A stretch of DNA of 64,000 nucleotides from Candidatus Latescibacterota bacterium (GCA_965198115.1 OZ240241.1:896001-960000), one strand, 5' to 3'. Counted from the first letter of the stretch, positions 21,015-31,725 are shown. Translations and numbers: made by a program. Notes: generated by a model from the letters alone, not told the origin.

Positions 21015-22115
21015 ATGAACATCTGGCAAGCCATCGTCCAAGCAGCAAAGGCAAACGATCTCCCCGGCGTTCGGGAATTGACCTCCGCGTATCCCGAACT
21101 GAAAGAAAACGATCGCGCGCTCGTGACGTCCGCGCGCTACGGTCACGAGGACATCGTCGCTTTTCTGCTCGGTGACAAGCCCTCTTTCGACGCCATCCAC
21201 AAGGCCTTGGCCGCGGCTGTTTTCCCGTATCGCTCGGTGGACAAGACCGAGCGTCACGGTGCGTTGGTGCGTTCCCTCCTGGGGAAGGTCGTGGACGAAG
21301 GCCAGCGAGAAAGCGTCGCGCGCAGGTTGATCGATGCGGCGGCACGATCCGGATGCAGACCCGTCGTGGACGCCCTCCTCGACCACGCGTATCAGGACAT
21401 TTGCACGGCCGCCGTACTCGGAGATGGGGACACCGTTCACGAATGGATCAAGCAGAACCGACGCGTCGTACGCACCGGCGATGCGACGGGCAAGACGGCC
21501 TTGCACTACTGTGCGGCATCGGCCCTCGGGCGAGGGGATCAACGAACAGCACAGAATCTCGTCAACGTCGCCCAGCTTCTCCTGGAATGGGGCGCAGATG
21601 TAAACGCCCGCTGCAAACCGGAACGGGAGTCCCCATTCGGTCTTTCTCCGCTCGATTGCGCGGTCCAATACGGCGACAACCCCGACCTGGTCAGCGTGCT
21701 CGTGAACCACGGGGCACGGGATCTGGAGAGCGCGCTCTGGGCATTGCTCGTACACCATCGGAATCCGGGTGAGGTCCAATTTCAGTCCGCTGCCTTTCTT
21801 CTCGATGGCGGCGCGCTGATCGAGAAGGCCTTCAACGATCGCACCATCCTCCACGACCTCGCTCATCACGGATCGGCGGAGAGTGTGAGATGGGTTCTCG
21901 ATCATGGCGGAGATGTCCACGCGCGAACACCCGACGCTCGAACCCCTCTCCACTTCGCGTCCGACCGCGACGACGGTGTGGACATCGTCGACGCACTGAT
22001 CGATGCCGGCGCCAACCCGAGCGCACAGGACGAAGATGGCCATCCGCCCCTGTGGTATGCCGACAAAGGCGAGCGACAATCCGTCATCGATCGATTGCGG
22101 GAGGCAACGCCGTAG
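21015..22115 (+). CDS. Ankyrin-repeat protein
   Basis: GKTALHY..LLLEWGADVNA, RTPLHFA..LIDAGANP repeats. Confidence 0.85.
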   Translation: MNIWQAIVQAAKANDLPGVRELTSAYPELKENDRALVTSARYGHEDIVAFLLGDKPSFDAIHKALAAAVFPYRSVDKTERHGALVRSLLGKVVDEGQRESVARRLIDAAARSGCRPVVDALLDHAYQDICTAAVLGDGDTVHEWIKQNRRVVRTGDATGKTALHYCAASALGRGDQRTAQNLVNVAQLLLEWGADVNARCKPERESPFGLSPLDCAVQYGDNPDLVSVLVNHGARDLESALWALLVHHRNPGEVQFQSAAFLLDGGALIEKAFNDRTILHDLAHHGSAESVRWVLDHGGDVHARTPDARTPLHFASDRDDGVDIVDALIDAGANPSAQDEDGHPPLWYADKGERQSVIDRLREATP

Positions 22116-22464
22116 GGCCGGTTCGCGAACCGACCGTTTCGTTGCCCGTGCGTGATACTCTGACTCATTGGCTGCCCCCGGTCATCCTGAGTAAACCTCA
22201 TTGTGAAATGGTTGATCGCGAAGCAGCACTGAGAAAAACGCGGGGCAGGCTCTTCGATACGGCGATCAGGGAGTTCTATCAGTGTCACGTAGTGTGAATC
22301 ACGAGTCGCCTACTCAGGATGATCGATCGGCAAGTGGGGCAACGTTTCCCTGTCTGTCTTCGACCGTCTGTAGTCTGGCGAATGGGCGAACCTGTCTTCT
22401 CTGTCTTCTGTCCTCCGTCCTCTGGCGTCCGTCCTCTGTATTTTGCCAAAGGGGCGAAGCCGTT

Positions 22465-23211
22465 TTGACCGTCCACCGTCTACTGTCCACCGTCTCCCTG
22501 GCCACGACAACGCTGTTGATGCTGGCCTGCAGTCCGGCCGAGCAACCCGAGACGGTTCGGGAAGCAATCGCGCAGGCTCGCGCCACGGACCCGTATGCGT
22601 TTCAGCGTGGACAAATGGTCGAGCGGTTGCACGGGGAAGGCATCCGAAGCCCCGCCGTGCTTCAGGCGATGATGACCGTCCGCCGCCACGAGTTCATCCC
22701 GACACGTCACGAACACCTGGCCTACCTCATCAGGCCCTTGCCGATCGGTCACGATCAGACCATTTCCTCTCCTTACATCGTCGCCTACATGACGGAAGTC
22801 GCGGAGATAACGCCCGGTGACAAAGTGCTCGAAATCGGTACAGGTTCCGGGTATCAGGCTGCTGTGCTGGCCGAGCTTTCCGATCGCGTCTACTCGATCG
22901 AGATCATACCCGAGTTTGCCAAGAGCGCACGAGAACGGTTGACGGATCTGGGCTACCGGGTGCACGTGCGGACGGGGAACGGCTATTTGGGATGGCCCGA
23001 AGCGGCCCCCTTCGACGCGATCGTCGTGACTGCCGCGCCAGACGAGGTCCCTCAGGCTCTCGTTGACCAGCTTGCGATGGGCGGAAAAATGGTGATCCCG
23101 GTCGGCGTCACTTCTCAGGAAATGATCGTGATCACGCGAACAGTGACGGGCATTCACACAAAACGAACGCTATCAGTCCGCTTCGTCCCGATGACCGGTA
23201 AACCCGAATGA
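22465..23211 (+). CDS. pcm: Protein-L-isoaspartate O-methyltransferase with possible lipoprotein signal (start uncertain)
   Basis: RHEF, QTISSPYIVA, VLEIGTGSGYQAAVL, GWPEAAPFDAIVVTAA, VRFVPM; upstream LLMLAC. Confidence 0.88.
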   Translation: MTVHRLLSTVSLATTTLLMLACSPAEQPETVREAIAQARATDPYAFQRGQMVERLHGEGIRSPAVLQAMMTVRRHEFIPTRHEHLAYLIRPLPIGHDQTISSPYIVAYMTEVAEITPGDKVLEIGTGSGYQAAVLAELSDRVYSIEIIPEFAKSARERLTDLGYRVHVRTGNGYLGWPEAAPFDAIVVTAAPDEVPQALVDQLAMGGKMVIPVGVTSQEMIVITRTVTGIHTKRTLSVRFVPMTGKPE

Positions 23212-23498
23212 TACGACGTGGTTGTGCTGCGCCGTTGCAACTTGAATCATCGATGGACGCCGGAGTCTCCCGATGCCCGCATCGGAGACCTGGTGTTCTA
23301 CATAAGTAATTGTTTTCAAGAAGTTTACGTGTGATGATTTCAGGCAATTGACGCCCATCAAAAGTCGGTGTGGTCTTTTGCTCGCAAATTGCTGATTTTT
23401 CTTAGGTTGTGATAGAGAATCCCTCCGAGACATCATCTGGGCCTTCCCTGGGATGACGACGCTGAAAGACCTCCTGTAAGACGCTGCTTGGAGAAAAC

Positions 23499-24524
23499 AT
23501 GACGCGGAGATGGCATCGGTTTCCGATTGCGCTCGTCGCGGCTTTCGTGACTCAAACGACAGAAGCTCAGCACCCGGTCGAGGTCGGCGAGTCGGTGCGA
23601 CGGGACGTTGCGCTATCGCTGGAGCTGGTGGGAACGGTCGAGCCACTCCTGTCCTCAACCATCAGCTCGGAAATCCCCGGCCGAATCGAGGCCATTCTGG
23701 TGGAGGAAAACGATCGCGTCCGTCGAGGCCAGGTTCTCGCTCGACTCGACCCCGACATGATCGAGGTTCGCTTGCGCCAAGCCGAGGCGCGGCTGCTGCA
23801 GGCCGAGGCCGAGTACGAGCGTGTCAGAAAGCTTGTCGAGCAGAACCTGACGAGTCTGGAAAAGCTGCAACAGGCTCAGACGAGCCTCGCGCTGAGGAAG
23901 GCGGACCACAAACTTGTGCAACTTTCGCTCGATCATACCACGATTCGAGCGCTCTTCGTCGGACGGATCGCCTGGCGGCACACTGACATCGGCGAGTGGA
24001 TCAGTACCGGGGGTCGTGTACTAGACTTGATACACACCGACAGCGTGTTCGTCATGACATCCGTACCCGAGAAGCACGTCCGCCATCTCGAGCCAGGGAC
24101 GCCAGCGGTAATCGCGTGCGACGCGTATCCTCACGAAGACTTCGAAGGGCGCGTCCATCGTGTGATCCCGAGGGGAGATCCGAACAGCCACGCCTTTCCG
24201 ATCAAGATCAAGGTGCCCAATCCGGGCGGAAAGCTGAAAGCAGGCATGTTTGCTCAGGTCGACCTTGAAATCGATCGCGCCGAGCAACTCGTGCTCGTTC
24301 CCAAGGATGCCGTCGTGAACGTCGCGGGAGAGCGCTACGTTTTCGAGGTGAATGGGGCCTTGGATCGTGTGAGGCGAGTCAAGGTGCAAGTCGGTCGAAC
24401 CGAGGCGGATCAGGTGGCGGTCGACGGAGATCTGACACCTGGTCTTCCCGTCGTCGTCACAGGTAACGAAACGCTTCGGGACAACGACGAAGTGATGATC
24501 ACGAAACACTACTCGGCACGATAG
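23499..24524 (+). CDS. RND efflux periplasmic adaptor subunit
   Basis: Signal peptide, lipoyl-like ISSEIPGRI..V.ENDRV..GQ, coiled hairpin, LKAGMF, VPKDAV. Confidence 0.9.
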   Translation: MTRRWHRFPIALVAAFVTQTTEAQHPVEVGESVRRDVALSLELVGTVEPLLSSTISSEIPGRIEAILVEENDRVRRGQVLARLDPDMIEVRLRQAEARLLQAEAEYERVRKLVEQNLTSLEKLQQAQTSLALRKADHKLVQLSLDHTTIRALFVGRIAWRHTDIGEWISTGGRVLDLIHTDSVFVMTSVPEKHVRHLEPGTPAVIACDAYPHEDFEGRVHRVIPRGDPNSHAFPIKIKVPNPGGKLKAGMFAQVDLEIDRAEQLVLVPKDAVVNVAGERYVFEVNGALDRVRRVKVQVGRTEADQVAVDGDLTPGLPVVVTGNETLRDNDEVMITKHYSAR

Positions 24525-24585
24525 TGGGTTTATCTGAAGCGTGCACGGGGTTGAGAAGGATGGAAACCGTGAAGCGAGGTCAGGG

Positions 24586-27500
24586 ATGAAGATCATCGAC
24601 GTTTCGATTCGACGCCCGACGTCCATCATTGTGGCGGTGCTGCTGGCGGTCATCTTCGGCGCCCTGTCGCTGAGCAAGATGCCGATCCAGATGCGCCCAA
24701 CGGTCGACCGTCCTCGGATATCGGTCCGCGTGGAATACCCGGGCGTTGCCCCTCCTGAGATCGAGGAACAGGTGACGATTCCGATGGAGCAGCGGTTGAA
24801 CACCGTTCAGAACCTGACCAAGATCAGATCTCGGTCTCAGACGGGCCAGAGCAGGATCTGGCTCGAGTTCGACTGGGGTGTGAACAAAGACCTAGCGGGA
24901 CTGGATGTCTTGAAGAAGATCAATCAGGTCCGGAACCTGCCCGTTGACGCGGAGGCGCCCACGATAACGGCGGCCTCATCCGATGAGCGTCCTGTGAGCT
25001 ATATCGCCATTCGGAGCGAGACGGTCGGTGTCGATAAGCTGTTCGAGGTGACGGAAGACATGATCGCCCCCATGGTCGAACGGGTGGAAGGCGTTGGGTT
25101 GATTCGGATTTACGGAGGTCGAGAGCGGGAGATCCAGGTCATCCTGGACTACGAGGCGATGACGTCGCGTGGTCTGTCCATCGACCGAGTGCGTGCCGCA
25201 ATCGGAAACGAGAACCGAAATGCACGGGGCGGTCACATCGACGAAGGAAAACGACGGGTGATGGTACGCACCTTGGGTCAGTTCGACCGTCTGTCGGATC
25301 TCGAAAATGTGATCGTGGATCAGACTAGAACCGGGCCCGTTTACTTGAAAGACATCGCCCGGATTGAAGACAGCTTCAAAGACCTGCGTTACACCGTGCG
25401 TGAGACGGGCGATCCCGCGGTCGTGATGGCGATTATCAAGCGGAGCGGTGCGAACACGATCAAGACAATGGCGGGTGTGGATGCAACGCTCGAAAGCTTG
25501 CGAGAGGAACTGGGACTCAAGGACATTCAGATCGTCAAGTCGATCGATGAAACGGACTACATCTGGGACTCGATCGACCAGGTCGTGTCAAACCTGGAGA
25601 TCGGCGGGATTCTGGCGCGTGGTGCTCCTGTTGTTCCTCCGCAATTTCGTGAGTACGGCGATCGTTACGCTCGCGATTCCGATTTCGCTCGTCGCGTCGT
25701 TCATCTTTTTGAACGGGGTCGGTTCGTCGCTGAACATCATCACGCTGGCTGGTTTGGCGTTCGCAGTCGGGATGGTGGTCGACAACGCCATTGTCGTGCT
25801 CGAAAACATCTACCGTCACGCAGAGATGGGGCAGAAAAGAGGAGAGGCGTCGTTCAACGGGGCCGAGCAGGTGTGGGGTGCCATCCTGGCGTCGACACTG
25901 ACGACTCTCGCCGTGTTCCTTCCCATCATCTTCGTGAAAGAGGAAGTGGGACAGTTGTTTCGAGACATCGCGCTGGCGATCGCCTTTGCGATCGTCATGT
26001 CCCTCGTCATATCCATCACGCTGATTCCCATGCTCGCGTCCAAGTGGATGGGCACGGTGAAGAAGCAGGGGAAGGAGGAACGACGCCTGTGGGTTGAAGC
26101 GCTGACCTTCGGGTGGATAGGAAGGTCGGTGAATCGATTCTTCCTGGGGTCGGTCGCGTGGCTGCTGAGGGGCTTCGGAAGGAAAATCGTGTTTGTCGTG
26201 TTGATCTTGGGTCTGTTCTCGGCAAGTCTCGTGCTGCTCCCCCCAGCCGAATATCTGCCGATCGGGAGCATGAACACGATTCGTGGAAACATGCGCCTCC
26301 CGCCCGGGAGCAACGTCGACCAGGCCGGCTACTTGATGGGGCAGGTCGAATCGCGATTCTTGGCGATCGAGGAGATGAAGAACCTTTTCGTCGTTTCGGG
26401 TCTGTTCAACATTGTTTTTCTTGTGTGTAAGGACGAGTACAAGGCTAACCTGAGGCCGGTGATCGATAAGATGCGCGATCTCGTGAAGGATATTCCGGGA
26501 GTCCGGCTCGGGATCGCCCAGATGGGTATCTTCAGCCGGAACAACGCGGGAAAAACGATCACGCTCAGGGTTCGGGGAAAAGATCTCGCGGGAATCCACA
26601 AGCACGTGACCTTCCTGGAAGAAAAACTCATCGGCATCGAGGGTGTGATCGATGCGAGAACGAGTCTGGATGTTCGCAATCCGGAGTACCGGGTCAGGAT
26701 CGATCGAGAGCGAGCCGCGCGTCTCGGACTGTCAAATCGCTCGATTGCGGAGGCAATCGAGACACTCGTCGGCGGCAAGGTCGTCTCGCTCTATCGGAGC
26801 GAGGGCGACGAGGTGGACATCACCCTGCGCGGCGACCCCGAGAAATTCGATGACGTGGAGAACATCCGCGAGATACTCGTCTACACACCAGCGGGCACGC
26901 CGGTGCGGCTGGGCAGTCTGATCGACGTGAGCGAAGGGCTCGGGCCGACACGGATCGAGCACCACAACATGGATCGTGTGATTTCCGTGACGGCCACCCT
27001 CCAGGAGGAGATTCCTATGGAGGTGATGCTCGACCGTATCAAGGAGGCCGCGGTGGGCCCGCTCGAGGCGTCGCTGCCGCTCGGGTATGCGGTCGACATG
27101 GGGACCACGGCCAACAAGCTTGAGCGCACCAAAGAGGCGCTAGGAAGCGCTTTTCTTCTCGCGGTGGTCATCATCTATCTGCTGATGGCGTCGCTGTTCG
27201 AATCCTTCCGGTATCCTTTGATCATACTGTTTTCCGTGCCCCTCGCGATGACGGGCGCCATCCTCGGCATCATCGCGACAGGGTCGGAATTCAACGTGAT
27301 CACGATGTTGGGCTTCATCATCCTGAGCGGTATCGTCGTCAACAATGCCATCTTGCTGATCCACCAGGCGCTTCGCGCCCAACGGGTTGAAGGTTTGGGA
27401 TACAATGAGGCGATCCAGCAAAGCTGTCGTACAAGGATGAGACCCATTTTCATGAGCACGATGACGAGTGTGCTCGGCATGATGCCACTGGCGATGGGGT

Positions 27501-27695
27501 CGGGCCGGGAGCGAGCTTTACAGCGGCCTGGGCGCGGCCATCGTCGGTGGGCTGATGGTTTCGACGCTGTTCACGCTGATCCTCGTGCCCGTGCTGTTTT
27601 CGCTGTTCAATGATGTGGGCAGGTGGATGTCCAGGCTGATGGGTCGCGAAGACGACGTGGAGGTCGCTGTATCGGTCAGGGCAGCAGGAGATTGA
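24586..27695 (+). pseudogene. RND efflux permease (AcrB/AcrD/AcrF family), frameshifts at ~25615 and ~27500
   Basis: YPG.AP.EIE, GMVVDNAIVVLENI, GIVVNNAIL, RMRPIFM; a third frame gives ELYSGLGAAIVGGL..STLFTL to TGA 27693-27695. Confidence 0.88.
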
Positions 27696-27869
27696 GTTCA
27701 AGACTATCGAGTTAGACCGAAGACAGCGCCCAGGGCAGAGCCCAGGGGCGAGCGATGGGCACCTAATTAACAAAACAAAGCGATGCGCTCGTCCCCGTGC
27801 TCCGCACGGGGACGCCTTGGTGTATCGCCAACTGATAAACTCAATGGCAGTGGGACTGAAGTGGGAAAC

Positions 27870-28412
27870 GTGGAACACATCGCGATTCTCAGAGAGGGGC
27901 CTGACGCCTGGAACGCTTGGCGCGCAGACCATCCCGACGTCGTTCCGGATATCGAGGGCGAGTCCTTCGTCTACGAGGATCTGTCCGGGGCCTACCTGAG
28001 CGGCATGTCCTTTCACCATCAGGTGTTCAGCGGCGCGAAGATGGCGAGCACAGTCTTCGACGGCGCCTATCTCGGTCACGCGGACATGAGCGATTCGGAT
28101 GTCACCGGGGCCAGCTTTAAAGGTGCGGATCTGAGTTGCGCGAATCTGTATGGAACAGATGCTCGAGGCGCGAACTTTTCACGAGCCGTCTTGCGAGAGG
28201 TCTCGCTCAAAGAGGCCGACCTGCGGGGTGCCACGTTTTCCGAGGCCGATCTGACGCGTGTGTATCTGGTTGATGCGGACGTGTCGGATGCGCGATTCGA
28301 TCGGGTCGAAGGTCTCGAAGCAGAGCAGCTAGCCCAGGTCGCCGCGATGGAAGGAGCGTCCGGTCTTGACGTAAAGTTGCTCGAAAGATTGAAGACAGAG
28401 CCGTCTGACTGA
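27870..28412 (+). CDS. Pentapeptide-repeat protein
   Basis: HIAILREG.DAWNAWR N-cap followed by A(D/N)LxG-type repeats. Confidence 0.88.
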   Translation: MEHIAILREGPDAWNAWRADHPDVVPDIEGESFVYEDLSGAYLSGMSFHHQVFSGAKMASTVFDGAYLGHADMSDSDVTGASFKGADLSCANLYGTDARGANFSRAVLREVSLKEADLRGATFSEADLTRVYLVDADVSDARFDRVEGLEAEQLAQVAAMEGASGLDVKLLERLKTEPSD

Positions 28413-28645
28413 GGTTAATGTGTGCGAATGTTGCATACTGCATCTAAGTTTTCCGGTCGATCGGAAAACTAACTTGTCCCTCGCCCTCGTGTTTTGCACG
28501 AGGGCGCTGTTTCGTGGAACCAATGGGCAGATGGTGCGGGCTCGGCCTGAAAGGGCGACTGCAGAGTTTGGCAGTCTTCAGGAAAAATGTAGTGCTGGCA
28601 CCCATTTGTCCGATCGATCGGACAAAGAACTTGGTGCCTCTAAAT

Positions 28646-28938
28646 TTCAACGTCCTGTTTCGGTTTCCGGTGCGGGATGTGACGTGCGACTTTAGATTGA
28701 TCCGGCGCTCGCTCATCGAACACACCCTGTTATTTTCGACGAGTGGCGCGATCTGTATCGAGCCGTAACCCGCCTGAGGCTCGCCGGAGCCGTCTTCCGC
28801 GATGTGGGAGTCGACCACTACCCGAGGCTCCACGGCCGATCTCAGTTCTTCAGACCCATTCGTATCGTTCGTTCGCTTCTCCAGGTCCTGGCCGTCTGGT
28901 GGAGAGTCGTGTTGAAGCGCGAAGGGAGCCGATCGTGA
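28646..28938 (+). pseudogene. 5'-truncated family-2 glycosyltransferase (DPM1-like) remnant
   Basis: VRDVTCDFRLIRR..SGAICIE, then after a shift at ~28763 VGVDHYPRLHGRSQFF..LAVWW. The stop overlaps the AKR start (GTGA) and the N-terminal domain is absent. Confidence 0.7.
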
Positions 28939-29852
28939 CGACAGGCACAGCGACCCAAGCAGGTCCGGTGTCCCTATTGGAAGACACCAACACTATGCCG
29001 CAGCGCATCCTCGGCAAGACGGGGGAACGCGTGCCCGTTCTCGGGTTGGGTACGGCTCCCGGGGGCTTCGGCCTGCCGGATGGAGAGGCGATCGATGTCA
29101 TCCACGCCGCCATCGATCACGGGATAACCTACCTCGACACCGCACCGGGCTATGCGCGAGCTCAGATTCAGTTGGGCGAGGTCCTCCCGCAGCGACGTGA
29201 CGAGGTCTTCCTGGTCACGAAGACGCACGCGGAGACGGCCGCGGAAGTCCAGTCGATCCTGGAGCAGAGTCTCCGGGACATGAAGACGGACGCCGCCGAT
29301 CTGACGTTCGTCCACTCCGTCGGAAGTCTAGATCCGGACCGTGTACTCGCACCGGACGGTGCGCTCGTCGGTTTGCGAGAAGCCCAGGGAAGAGGGTTGA
29401 CACGCTTCGTCGGGTTTACCGCCCACCACAAGACCTCACACGCGCAGCGTCTTCTGGCGGAAGAGTGGGACGCCGTGATGTTCGCGATGAACTACGTGGA
29501 CCGTCACACGTACGATTTCCAAGGCGGCCCCCTGAAGCGCGCACACGCGGACAACCTGGGTGTCGCCGCGATGAAGGTGTTCGGGGGTGCACCCGACATG
29601 AAATATGATCAACCTACGCGGTCCGAACTGGCGCGTTCGGGAGGCGATCACCAGAGGGCGCTCGACTACGCGTTAAGTCTGTCGGGGGTCACGATCGCAG
29701 TGGTGGGCATGTTCGGGGTGTCGGAAGTCATTGAGAACGCAGGCTACGCACGTGACCACACTTCCCTCAGCCGCACGGAAGTCGACGCACTCGAGGAAGC
29801 CGGTGAACGGATCGCCGCAGACTGGAAAGACCACTTCGGGGAGCCGAAGTGA
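28935..29852 (+). CDS. Aldo/keto reductase
   Basis: RILGKTG..LGLG, YLDTAPGY, FLVTK, RFVGFTAH, AMKVFGG. Confidence 0.9.
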   Translation: MTTGTATQAGPVSLLEDTNTMPQRILGKTGERVPVLGLGTAPGGFGLPDGEAIDVIHAAIDHGITYLDTAPGYARAQIQLGEVLPQRRDEVFLVTKTHAETAAEVQSILEQSLRDMKTDAADLTFVHSVGSLDPDRVLAPDGALVGLREAQGRGLTRFVGFTAHHKTSHAQRLLAEEWDAVMFAMNYVDRHTYDFQGGPLKRAHADNLGVAAMKVFGGAPDMKYDQPTRSELARSGGDHQRALDYALSLSGVTIAVVGMFGVSEVIENAGYARDHTSLSRTEVDALEEAGERIAADWKDHFGEPK

Positions 29853-29865
29853 GATCGGGGCGGGC

Positions 29866-30651
29866 GTGAGTGCGACCACGGTCCAGCTGGACGGTGTGAG
29901 CAAGGTTTTCGAGAGCGAGAGCCGTCGCGTGGTTGCCGTGGAGGAGGCGTCGCTCCGGATCCGAAGTGGTGAGTTCGTCAGCCTTCTGGGTCCGTCCGGC
30001 TGCGGGAAGACGACGTTGATGCGAATCGTGGGCGATCTGGAGACCCCGACTGAAGGAACGGTCACGGTAAACGGGTTGACGCCCGCTGATGCACGTCGCC
30101 GGCGCCAGGCTGGTATGGTGTTTCAAAAGCCCGCGTTGCTCGAGTGGCGCACCGTTACCCAGAATGTGACTCTGCCCGGTGAAGTGTTCGGCGACGCAGA
30201 TGTACGAGGCCGTGCGGCTGAGATGATTCAGAAGGTAGGGCTCTCCGGGTTCGAGAACGCCTACCCCAGGGAATTGTCTGGCGGTATGCAGTCCCGGGTG
30301 GCGATCGCGCGCGCGCTCACGCATCGGCCATCGATTCTGCTCATGGATGAACCGTTCGGTGCACTCGACGAGATCACACGTGAGCGACTGCAACTCGAAC
30401 TGTTGACGGTCTGGGCGGAGACGAATGCCTCCGTGCTTTTTGTGACTCACAGCATCTCCGAGGCACTCGTGTTGTCCGATCGGGTGGTCGTGATGTCTGC
30501 CCGACCTGGCCACATCGTCGAGGATGTAAGCGTCGGCTTTGCGCGTCCGAGAGATGGGGCGATTCGCTCGGCTTCCGAGTTCGTCGCGCTAGAGGCCCAC
30601 CTCCGGGATGCATTGAACCGCGATGGGGGACCTGATGCCGGCGGGGTATGA
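29866..30651 (+). CDS. ABC transporter ATP-binding protein (NitT/TauT type)
   Basis: GPSGCGKTT, YPRELSGGMQ, LLMDEPFGALD, FVTHS. Confidence 0.92.
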   Translation: MSATTVQLDGVSKVFESESRRVVAVEEASLRIRSGEFVSLLGPSGCGKTTLMRIVGDLETPTEGTVTVNGLTPADARRRRQAGMVFQKPALLEWRTVTQNVTLPGEVFGDADVRGRAAEMIQKVGLSGFENAYPRELSGGMQSRVAIARALTHRPSILLMDEPFGALDEITRERLQLELLTVWAETNASVLFVTHSISEALVLSDRVVVMSARPGHIVEDVSVGFARPRDGAIRSASEFVALEAHLRDALNRDGGPDAGGV

Positions 30652-31654
30652 CGTGTTCCACATGGGGCGGTGTTCGATCGACCTCTACAGCGACGACATC
30701 GGTGCTCCGTTCGCCGAGATCTCGCGCTTCTCGGCTTATGTGGGGGGTTCTCCCACGAACATCAGCGTGGGAGCCCGACGTCTGGGGCTTCGGACCGCGC
30801 TGCTGACAGCCGTCGGCGATGATCCCGTCGGAGAGTTCATCCTCCGGTTTCTGCGGGAAGAAGGCGTGGTGACCGATCACATTCCCATCAAGATAGGGAG
30901 ACGAACGCCGGCCGTTTTGCTCGGGATCGAGCCGCCGGATCGATTTCCGCTCGTCTACTATCGTGAAAACTGCGCCGACGGCGACTTGACGATCGAAGAC
31001 GTTCCGACGGAAGATGTCGCCGGATCCCGCGTGTTTCAGTTCGCGGGGACGAACCTGAGCCTCGAGCCCAGCCGAAGCGCAACCGTCTTCGCCGCCGAGG
31101 TGGCTCGGAAGGCGGGACGGACCGTCCTGTTCGATCTGGATCTGAGGGCGGATCAATGGCCGGACGTCCGCTACTTCGGAGCAGCTGCCCGAGACACGAT
31201 GCGTGTGGTCGACGTCGTCGTGGGTACAGGGGATGAGCTCAGGGGGGCCGTGGCCGCGAGTGCTTCGGATGCCACGGTCACCCACTCTCAGGTTTCGGAT
31301 GCTCGCGTGGCCGGCGATACCAACGCGGCGGTCGAGGCGATCCTGGCGCTCGGACCTTCGGTCGTCATCGAGAAGGTGGGGGAGAAGGGGGCGCGTGTGC
31401 ACGAGAAGACGTCTTCGGGTGTTCGCGTTGAAGAGGCGGATGGATTCCCAGTGGAAGTCGTGAATGTGCTCGGCGCCGGAGACGCGTTCGGAGCCGGATT
31501 GATCTACGGGCACGTCCAGGGCTGGTCGTGGTCCAAGGCCGCCCGACTCGGAAACGCGTGTGGGGCCATCGTCGTCACCCGACACGGGTGTGCGAACTTC
31601 ATGCCCACGTTACCCGAAGCCCTGGAGATCGCCGATCGCTACGGAGGGCTCTGA
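30635..31654 (+). CDS. iolC: 5-dehydro-2-deoxygluconokinase (PfkB family)
   Basis: GRCSIDLY, YVGGSPTN, LGIEPPDRFPLVYYRENCAD, VNVLGAGDAF. Confidence 0.85.
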   Translation: MPAGYDVFHMGRCSIDLYSDDIGAPFAEISRFSAYVGGSPTNISVGARRLGLRTALLTAVGDDPVGEFILRFLREEGVVTDHIPIKIGRRTPAVLLGIEPPDRFPLVYYRENCADGDLTIEDVPTEDVAGSRVFQFAGTNLSLEPSRSATVFAAEVARKAGRTVLFDLDLRADQWPDVRYFGAAARDTMRVVDVVVGTGDELRGAVAASASDATVTHSQVSDARVAGDTNAAVEAILALGPSVVIEKVGEKGARVHEKTSSGVRVEEADGFPVEVVNVLGAGDAFGAGLIYGHVQGWSWSKAARLGNACGAIVVTRHGCANFMPTLPEALEIADRYGGL

Positions 31655-31725
31655 TTGCGGCCAGCAGGGCCACAATCAGGTCATCACCGTTGCCGGGAAT
31701 ATCGTGCAAAGTGGAAGCGGGCAGG

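Noticed and set aside
23400-23498. Riboswitch upstream of the RND adaptor
   Set aside because: Only one weak hairpin is present, with no recognisable aptamer consensus.
13580-28640. CRISPR array
   Set aside because: The repeats are dispersed, heterogeneous palindromes or 7-mers without regular unique spacers, and no cas genes are present.
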